From the NCBI GenBank assembly GCA_020184695.1, contig JAANOX010000033.1, forward strand, positions 1 through 64,000: a DNA stretch of 64,000 nt. The letters run 5' to 3'. The notes beneath the pieces are model-generated. The model had not been told where the DNA came from. It made no database searches and worked only from the letters and a program-made list of their open reading frames with translations. Position numbers and translations under genes: made by a program. Positions 56,184 to 64,000 of the stretch are shown here, piece after piece. Each line of letters starts with the position of its first letter. Within the stretch, counting starts at the first letter, position 1. The DNA comes from Histomonas meleagridis 2922-C6/04-290x (taxonomy: Eukaryota > Protista > Parabasalia).

Positions 56184-56647
56184 TTTAGTGCATTACAGTA
56201 AACTCTTAAAATAACATTTTCTACACAAAATTTTTTGTTCATCGAACTCAGAATAATATTTAAGTTCATATAAATTTTAAGACTTTGAAAAAATTAAATC
56301 TGAGTCTATGAGGGAAATAACCCTTTGCCAAATGTACCTGCTTTGCATAATAAAACTGATGCTAAAAAGGTTAATTATGATAGACCCTTATCGTACTGTA
56401 ATTGTAGTCTTCGACTTCTTGTTAAGTTTCGTGGCCTGAAGTCATTAATGTTTCGAAAATAAGGAACGCTAGTTAACTAAGTAACTAAGGAAGTAAATAT
56501 CCTGAAGAACAACTTACTTTAACAAACCGTTTTTATCGTACTAGAAAATACTTTTTGATCGGTTTTAATAGAATCGTATTCAAAAACTTAAGCCGATAAC
56601 GCTTGGTAAAGGGGTGCCCCGCAATCGAACGATCACATTTTTGGAAA

Positions 56648-57226
56648 ATGCTTGTTTTTTTAAGCATTTTGTTTACTATTGGAAAAACAGAGCAGAGTTA
56701 CTTGAAAGATTTCGAGGGAGAATGGTCGGTTGTTGGTACTGATAATTCTTTTGATAACAAAAATAACATGAATTTGTCTTTATCTTCTTATTCTTTATTT
56801 TTATTTTCAGAAGATAAAAATGATCGCAGCAAACTTTACGGAGTATTAAGTGATCAAAACAAAACAATGAATACAAGAATTTTGTTTGATGACTTAAGTG
56901 ATAACAATTTATACAAATATAAAATTTCTATATTCAATAAAGAAACACAAGAATACGAAGAACTAAAGGTAATACAGATAAGCAGGAGCCAAAATGATGT
57001 TATAACATCAGTTGGTGAATTATCAGATGATTTACAATTTTCTTTGAATATAATATCACAGTATTCAATGAAAATTAGCTTATACACAAAATCCACCGGA
57101 AAATTTATCACATACACATTGGGCCGAAAAATTCCATTAAGAAAGAACAAAATATTTCGATTACTCATTACTGGAGCTATTGCTCTAATTGGATTTATCT
57201 GGAGATTTAAATCAAAAAATACTTAA
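56648..57226 (+). CDS. Hypothetical type I membrane protein
   Basis: Signal-like MLVFLSILFTIG and C-terminal TM helix followed by a basic tail. Confidence 0.65.
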   Translation: MLVFLSILFTIGKTEQSYLKDFEGEWSVVGTDNSFDNKNNMNLSLSSYSLFLFSEDKNDRSKLYGVLSDQNKTMNTRILFDDLSDNNLYKYKISIFNKETQEYEELKVIQISRSQNDVITSVGELSDDLQFSLNIISQYSMKISLYTKSTGKFITYTLGRKIPLRKNKIFRLLITGAIALIGFIWRFKSKNT

Positions 57227-57294
57227 TAAACAAATGTATCTTTGTTAATTTTTGAAATGTTATTTTGCTCGACTTAAAAAAGACGTTAATTTTC

Positions 57295-60200
57295 ATGTAC
57301 GTTAAGACAATCATGAACAAGATAAGGGAAGATAGCGATGACAAGAGCGATTTTTCCTCATCTGATTTCTCCTCTGAAGAAAAGAGCATGAGTTATTTTA
57401 ATATACAACAAGAAAATGAAAGATTAAAAAAAGAAATTGAATCATACCAAAAACAATTTCAAGAATTCATGGATATGAGTAATAAACTTCAAGAACAACA
57501 CAACAGGTGTCTTGAGCTAGGACAACAATTAAGAGCTGTTAATATGGAAAAAGAAGATATTCAAAACAGGTTAAATATCACATTGAAAACTAATCAGGAA
57601 TTGAAAGAAAAATTACAAAAGGAAAAAGACTCAAAAAAAATCGAAAAACAACAACATTTAACAGCTGTTCAATCAGATAATTCCAAGTATGAAAAAGAAA
57701 TATCTGAACTTAAAAAACAGCAATCATCTGATCAAGCTCAAATTTCAAGCCTTAAGAGTCAACTTAAAATGGAAAAATCACAATCTGATGAACTCAAGTC
57801 ATCTATTGATTCATTTGTTAAATCTATAAACTCAATATGCAAAGCATCTTTTAATTCTCTTACTGATGCATTAAATTTCATAACTCAATCACAAATCAAA
57901 TCACAAGAAAAAGCAAAAGATTTTGAAATATTAAAGGCACAACTTAGGAAACTCAAGAAAAAGATTAAGGATGAGAAAAGCTCACATATTAAACAAATAA
58001 GATTGATAAATGATGAAGTTAATGGTCAAAATGAAAATGCTAATGCCAAAATTAAAGATTTAGAATCAAAACTTTTCAAAATGCAAATACAATTAGAAGA
58101 ACAAGAAAAACAATACGAGAATGAAATCAACAACAAAGATAAAATAATCAAGAATATCCAAGAAAAGATGGAAAAAGAAAAAGAAGAATTCAGGCGTAGT
58201 AAATCAAATCTTGAATCACAAGAATTAAATGATTTTAAAGAACAAATCGAAAGTCAAACTTCAAAACTACAAGAAATGCAAAAAATAAATTCAAATCTTC
58301 GACGTGAAAATGTAACACTTAATTCTAAAATATATGAATACACATCTACAGTAGAAACTCTCAAAAAATCTCTTCAAAAAGCTGAAGACATATATAAATC
58401 ATTATCCAAAGAATGCGATGATCTTAAGTCTCAACAAATTACAATGCAACTCGAAAATGATAGATTACAAGAGCTATGTAATTCAAATCGTTTTGAAATG
58501 GAATCAATGAAATCTTCTATTCATCAAAGCGAAATTGATATAAATGAATATGAAAGTCAAATTAGCAAATTGAAGAGCTCAATAACCATTTTAGAAAACC
58601 TTATAAATAATAATCAAAATGAAATCAGATTTTTATATTCTGAAAGAGAAAAAAACTTTGATTTACTTCACAAGCAAAATTTTTTATTAAAATCATTTGA
58701 TGCCTATTCATCTAAGATTCAAGAAGAATCATTGAAACAAATCAAAAAAGAACTCTCAGAAGATCAAAACAAAAGAAGTATTTCAGAGTCAATTCCTATT
58801 ACTGCATGGTGCACAACGGAGTTTCCTTCATCTTTATGTGCACAAATTACTGAAATTGCAAAGGATGATGATATTCCTATTGTAACCAAACTTAGGCATG
58901 TTTTAACAACAATTGCAAGAAATTATAGCAAATTAATTGAAGCTAATTCTAAAGATAAAGATAAAATGATTAAAGAATTAGAAAGAAAAGTACAAAATTC
59001 TTTAAATTTGGCTAATGATCTTACAAACTTAGTTGATCATCCTTTGTTTACGCCAGAAGAATTGATTTCAGATTATTCAAAATGCGCTTTGATTGTTAAA
59101 AACTTCTCTGATATGAAAGCAGATTTATTTGATAAGGAAAATGAAATCAAAAACTTAAATGATAATTTATTCAATGTTTTTACACATTTAAATGCAAATA
59201 ACATTACAGAAGCAATTGATTTAATTGATAAATTAAAGGAATCACTTGATAAACAATCTAAACAAATTGATCATTTTATATCGCAAATCAAAAAATTCAA
59301 AAAGAATCATAAGTCATTTAGGAATTCATGTATACAACAACAAAATGAAATTGAAGAAATGGTAAGCAAACAACAAAATACAATAAATGAATTTGAAGAA
59401 GAGAAAATTGAACTGAAAAATCAATTACAAAGATTACAAATTGTTAACTCCGAATTAAAACGAAAAATCGAAGAAATTACAAAAGAATCAACACAAAAAG
59501 AAATCACTGTAAAACAAAATCAAGAAAAAGAAATGAATGAAAGAACTCAAAAATTCAACAATGAAATTGATAAGAAAACACAAAAAATCATTTCATTATC
59601 AGAAAGAATTAAAAAAATTGAAAATGAAACAAATCAATGGAAGAAATCAACGGAAGTTTTAAAGAAAAGTGTTCAAGAAAAAGACAAAATGATTGACAAA
59701 TTAACAGAACAAATCAAAGAAAATGAGAAAAATTATCTACAAAAAATCTCAAATGAGAAAACAAATATAAAACTTCAATATGAAAAAGTCTTAAGTCAAA
59801 ACAAAAGTAAAAATGAAGAAATGCATCAAATGCTTTTAAAGTTAACAAAATCACATGAAGACTTCCAAAATAAAAACAAAACATTAATTTCATCAAACAC
59901 ACATTTATCAATAGAAAATCAACAAAACAAAGCAAGAATAGAATCTCTTAAACAAGAAAATGAAAGATATCAAAAATTAATGGAAACGAAATTTAAAGCA
60001 GCAGAACTTTCCAAAGAAATGGAAAAACAAAATGCAATTGAAGAACTTAAAGGAAACTTTGAATCCAACAAAAGAGCAATTTTTGCATATATTGCAAATG
60101 AATTTCGACAATATTTCAACGTGGAAAAAGGCTTAGATGAAAATAACTTTAAAGAACTTGTTAATCGTGTAGGAACAGAACTAAAAAGACTTTCTAAGCA

Positions 60201-60297
60201 AGAAAGTAATCTCAGAAAAATACTTGGAATTACTTCAGCGGATTCAATAGAAAAAATTGTTTCTAATCTTCTTGTTACTATGTTTAATAATCATTAA
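57295..60297 (+). CDS. Long coiled-coil protein (~1000 aa)
   Basis: Uninterrupted K/E/Q-rich heptad ORF; first ATG at 57295. Confidence 0.8.
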   Translation: MYVKTIMNKIREDSDDKSDFSSSDFSSEEKSMSYFNIQQENERLKKEIESYQKQFQEFMDMSNKLQEQHNRCLELGQQLRAVNMEKEDIQNRLNITLKTNQELKEKLQKEKDSKKIEKQQHLTAVQSDNSKYEKEISELKKQQSSDQAQISSLKSQLKMEKSQSDELKSSIDSFVKSINSICKASFNSLTDALNFITQSQIKSQEKAKDFEILKAQLRKLKKKIKDEKSSHIKQIRLINDEVNGQNENANAKIKDLESKLFKMQIQLEEQEKQYENEINNKDKIIKNIQEKMEKEKEEFRRSKSNLESQELNDFKEQIESQTSKLQEMQKINSNLRRENVTLNSKIYEYTSTVETLKKSLQKAEDIYKSLSKECDDLKSQQITMQLENDRLQELCNSNRFEMESMKSSIHQSEIDINEYESQISKLKSSITILENLINNNQNEIRFLYSEREKNFDLLHKQNFLLKSFDAYSSKIQEESLKQIKKELSEDQNKRSISESIPITAWCTTEFPSSLCAQITEIAKDDDIPIVTKLRHVLTTIARNYSKLIEANSKDKDKMIKELERKVQNSLNLANDLTNLVDHPLFTPEELISDYSKCALIVKNFSDMKADLFDKENEIKNLNDNLFNVFTHLNANNITEAIDLIDKLKESLDKQSKQIDHFISQIKKFKKNHKSFRNSCIQQQNEIEEMVSKQQNTINEFEEEKIELKNQLQRLQIVNSELKRKIEEITKESTQKEITVKQNQEKEMNERTQKFNNEIDKKTQKIISLSERIKKIENETNQWKKSTEVLKKSVQEKDKMIDKLTEQIKENEKNYLQKISNEKTNIKLQYEKVLSQNKSKNEEMHQMLLKLTKSHEDFQNKNKTLISSNTHLSIENQQNKARIESLKQENERYQKLMETKFKAAELSKEMEKQNAIEELKGNFESNKRAIFAYIANEFRQYFNVEKGLDENNFKELVNRVGTELKRLSKQESNLRKILGITSADSIEKIVSNLLVTMFNNH

Positions 60298-60469
60298 AAA
60301 TTGTTAACTTTTGGGATTTTGTAAATAATTTTTTAATAAATATATGAAAACTTTCTCTTAGTGCAAAATTCTTCCTTTATCATTTGCTCCGAATGTTATG
60401 AACAATCAGCAGGAATAATGCCGACATGTTATGTGAAAAGTCCAATTTCCTTGAATTTTAAATTTTCAA

Positions 60470-61480
60470 ATGGAAACAAGTCATCTTGACGATGAATCCA
60501 TGAAAAAAATTGCAAGTGAAATTCAACAAAATCCATCTGATGAAATTCCAAAAGAATTTTTTTTAACACTTGAAAATTTCAATACGGTAATAAATAATTC
60601 GACAATTGATGAAATATGTGAAAGCTATGGTTTTATTCCACAAGTGCTCAGTGATGTTGTCTCGAAACCATTTGTTTCTGCTAAAAAAGAAGTATCTGAT
60701 TTATTAGCAGAATCATTTTTATCTTTTATCTTAAATGAAACAGATGACCCTCGCTCTCCAGCTCCATGGGCTGCACAACAACTTTTAAATATAACAAAAC
60801 GTCAACAAGAATCTCTTCCTCTGCTCAAATGCAAAAAGATTCAATGCAAAGAATCAATATTTAAGTATCCAAAGGAATATGCACAACAACTTTCTGATAA
60901 TTCTTTAATTCAAATTGCTGAAATTCAATTTGATGGACCAATATTCGATGAAGTCATAAATGAACTAGATGAAAGGGATATTCCAATCCCAGAGAACCTA
61001 TTTTATTCGATTGATCCATCGAAAATATCACCAAAAGGCCTGATCAATTATTTTTGTCATTTCATTGAATCACCCACTTTTTCAATAGCGCATCAAATTT
61101 TCAATGCATTTTTGGTGTACCCCACAATTCACTTAGTTTGTTTGAATTATGTTTATGAATATCCTAAATCTAAAACACAAAGAGCTTTTGAAATGATTGG
61201 TAAAATAATTTCAAATGAACTTCCTTTAGAATTTTCATTGTCATATTTTTATCATCCTTCAATTAAAGAATTTATTGATGAAGTTGAATTTACTGGTGGA
61301 AACCCAGAAAACGCTGATGTAAATGTTCTCGCTGATGTAATTAGAAGTATTGGTTCGTCCTCAGTTCAATTTTTAATACCATTTTTGTTTGAAATGCCGC
61401 AATGGATTGAGCTAATTCAAAAAATTGATGAACAATTTTTTGCACTAACAATGAAAATAATTAATGAGAAGTTAGCATAG
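60470..61480 (+). CDS. Hypothetical protein (336 aa)
   Basis: Uninterrupted ORF, helical composition, no motif recognised. Confidence 0.7.
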   Translation: METSHLDDESMKKIASEIQQNPSDEIPKEFFLTLENFNTVINNSTIDEICESYGFIPQVLSDVVSKPFVSAKKEVSDLLAESFLSFILNETDDPRSPAPWAAQQLLNITKRQQESLPLLKCKKIQCKESIFKYPKEYAQQLSDNSLIQIAEIQFDGPIFDEVINELDERDIPIPENLFYSIDPSKISPKGLINYFCHFIESPTFSIAHQIFNAFLVYPTIHLVCLNYVYEYPKSKTQRAFEMIGKIISNELPLEFSLSYFYHPSIKEFIDEVEFTGGNPENADVNVLADVIRSIGSSSVQFLIPFLFEMPQWIELIQKIDEQFFALTMKIINEKLA

Positions 61481-61829
61481 AAAATACGTATTACAAATGT
61501 TATAATAAATTTTTGTATATATATAAAATTATTTTTTAATTAAAATTGTCAACAAATGTTTGTGAGGAATAATTTTGTTGAAAATTAAATATTTTGTTGA
61601 ATATTAAATATATTGTTGAAAAAATACTTTCAACAAGTGGGAATGAAATCTCAATTTAAAATCATTTTCTAAAATAATTTTCAATTTTTTCTCGTTATAA
61701 ATATTTTAATTAGATTTTTAGGGACAAAATTTCAATTCACTTTTTTGTTGCAATTTCTTTTATTTTTGTGGCATATTAAAAAGATTTAGATGTACGTCTA
61801 ATTTTTTACTCATATTTTTTAATGTATAT

Positions 61830-63938
61830 CTATTCTGACTCGTCCTCAATATATTTTTCGAACTTTTTTTTAAATTCGTTATTTTTATTCAGCACATATT
61901 TTCCAATAATTCCATATGTTAGCGTCCATCCTTTTATAATTTCTTTTGGAACTCCGAAGTTATTAATAAAATCGATATTTCTTATACTTAATGTATTTTT
62001 AAAGTAATAACAAAATATTTTACAAAATTCGTATTTACAATCGGATATTATTGTTAGTAAAGTATTATACATTAAAGAACTGATTTTGTCTTTATCATTT
62101 ACCATATGATTAAATGTATTGTTCAACATTGAAATAATTTTTGGAATTTTAATTAAAGGAATATTTTTATTGGAATTAATAACTAAAATTGTTTTCATGT
62201 AATTCTTTAATTTTTGTATTATCTTTTCTGGAAGAATTTCATCATTTTGTTCATTGTTATCTTTGGTTAAACAATTTGCTAATTCATTAAATATTTCATT
62301 TTTTGGAATTTTGTCTTTAGAATTAATAATTTCCCAAAAATTAATCATTTTATCAATTTGAATTTGAGTTTCATCATCATTATCATCATCATTTTCAAAA
62401 GATGCATTAAGTAATCCACTACTATAATCAGTAGAATTTTCGTTTCTGTATTGTTCTATTGCATAAGGAATTACTTCGTCTAAAACTCTTTTTGATGAAG
62501 TTACTTCTCTTTTGAGATGTTTAATACAATCTTTAATGATAACATATGCATTACATTTCCGAATTTTTTCAATGTATTCATTCGCAATAGATTTCAAGCA
62601 ATAAATTTGGAATTCTTTATCGAATATTATTGAGTTTTCTCTTATTCCAAGAGGGTTTCTTTCTGAAAAGAGATTAAGAAAATAATCCAAAGGTTCAACT
62701 TTGTTTGTTGTTGCATTGGTATATATTTTTTGAAAATATAGTTTATAATCTTTATCATCAATTTGATATTTCTCTTGGATATCAAACAAACCCCCTTTTT
62801 CATATAATTTTAGGACTTTATAATTAGGTGACAAATGAGGCGGATAAATTATATATTTATAAAAGTCATATAGCATTCCTCGATCAAATAAAATTTTATA
62901 ACTTTTATCTACTGTATGTATATCTTCTGGATTTTTGTATATAATTTTGGATGCTAAAAGTAATTCATAACCAGTAATATATATTGTAATAGGGTATGTA
63001 TGTACCCCAAACCCTAATTCAAAGAATTGAAAGCCGCCATAATTTGCAAACATATCTGGTCGGGTAATGTTAGGTGATGTGAATGCTTTTGCCAAACAAT
63101 AGAAAGCTGGGGCACTTTTGTTTCTCGGGATAGATTCAAGTGTTTCTATTAAAATATGATCATATTCACGTATTTTTAATTGCGTCAAAAGAAGAGTATC
63201 AATAAAGGTAAGTGAAAAAAGTTCAACATTATTTGAATAACAATTATGTGCAAGTTTAAAATGTTCATTGGTTAAAAATGTACATGCATGTTGTACAGCA
63301 AGAATGAGATTATGAAATGAATTTATTGGGTTCGATGCACGTCCAAGTGAATAAGTAAGCTCATCATACTTATCAAATAATGAACGAAGGAACATTGGAT
63401 ATGATTCATAAAATGAACTTATAAAATGACAAATAATTTCTTGTTGTTCTTTAAAAACAACAAAAGTTTTAAGAATTGCTAGCAATAAATTAAAAGTAGA
63501 AAAATTAGTATAATAAAAAAAGAGATTTGGAAATGTGACATGGGCAAACAAAATTAAATCAGGTGATTCACATTTGAAATGTTCTAAAATATTATCCATG
63601 AATTCTTTAATTTGATTGCTAAATATCATGCTTGTAATATCTTGAACAAATTTTTGTGCATTTTTGGTAACACCAAAAATAAGATTTTTGCTAGCTTTTG
63701 GATTTTTAAAAGTTGAATAAAAATCAAATATTTCCCTGAAATATAATATATTGTCAAACCCCTTTTGCTGACACAAAAAATTGCATGTGGTGTATGATGA
63801 AATTTGTTGATATATTCGAAAATTGGTGTAATGAGATTCAATAGAATTTTGGATTTTACTTCCTTTATAGTTAGCATAAAAATTTGCCTGATTTTGATAA
63901 GACAATATGTTGTTGATAATTTCTTGTGTTTGATTCAT
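61830..63938 (-). CDS. Hypothetical protein (702 aa)
   Basis: Uninterrupted ORF; no motif confidently recognised. Confidence 0.7.
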   Translation of the reverse strand: MNQTQEIINNILSYQNQANFYANYKGSKIQNSIESHYTNFRIYQQISSYTTCNFLCQQKGFDNILYFREIFDFYSTFKNPKASKNLIFGVTKNAQKFVQDITSMIFSNQIKEFMDNILEHFKCESPDLILFAHVTFPNLFFYYTNFSTFNLLLAILKTFVVFKEQQEIICHFISSFYESYPMFLRSLFDKYDELTYSLGRASNPINSFHNLILAVQHACTFLTNEHFKLAHNCYSNNVELFSLTFIDTLLLTQLKIREYDHILIETLESIPRNKSAPAFYCLAKAFTSPNITRPDMFANYGGFQFFELGFGVHTYPITIYITGYELLLASKIIYKNPEDIHTVDKSYKILFDRGMLYDFYKYIIYPPHLSPNYKVLKLYEKGGLFDIQEKYQIDDKDYKLYFQKIYTNATTNKVEPLDYFLNLFSERNPLGIRENSIIFDKEFQIYCLKSIANEYIEKIRKCNAYVIIKDCIKHLKREVTSSKRVLDEVIPYAIEQYRNENSTDYSSGLLNASFENDDDNDDETQIQIDKMINFWEIINSKDKIPKNEIFNELANCLTKDNNEQNDEILPEKIIQKLKNYMKTILVINSNKNIPLIKIPKIISMLNNTFNHMVNDKDKISSLMYNTLLTIISDCKYEFCKIFCYYFKNTLSIRNIDFINNFGVPKEIIKGWTLTYGIIGKYVLNKNNEFKKKFEKYIEDESE

Positions 63939-64000
63939 GATTTTTTGAATTTATGCCATTTGATAACGACCGTTTATTATTGAAATTCCAGCAAAAAATT

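Noticed and set aside
5293-63877. Numerous 60-150 aa ORFs antisense to or nested in long genes
   Set aside because: Overlap well-supported CDSs and lack motifs; treated as shadow ORFs.
61830-63938. VPS9/RasGAP-like assignment for the last ORF
   Set aside because: Only a vague helical resemblance; no diagnostic motif could be matched.

Overview
AT-rich eukaryotic genomic DNA, most consistent with a parabasalid protist (Trichomonas/Tritrichomonas-like). This is inferred from the family content (DUF3447-type ankyrin, BspA LRR, R2R3-Myb, BTB+F5/8C, multiple Rabs) and from TCACTT initiator-like motifs just upstream of ATGs. About 25 apparently intronless protein genes and one tRNA-Thr(UGU) are recognisable. 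The first 5 kb is an accessory zone. It holds a decayed SF3 (D5-like) helicase gene flanked by iterated motifs and a GC-rich hairpin, and a complete 1291-bp D,D34D mariner element (TIRs, TA duplication) inserted into an ankyrin gene. The most unusual observation lies in that ankyrin gene. Five consecutive repeats are each interrupted at the same codon position by an 80- or 83-nt AT-rich insert. All five inserts are 2 mod 3 in length, share a gap-free 39-nt 3' motif, and have no frame-restoring GT-AG boundaries. This suggests an undescribed non-canonical intron or other excision/recoding system. Also present are two apparent pseudo-enzymes (S1/P1 nuclease, PLD3-like), BspA relics and a two-unit minisatellite. 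All annotation is by eye from the sequence and ORF track; no database searches were run.
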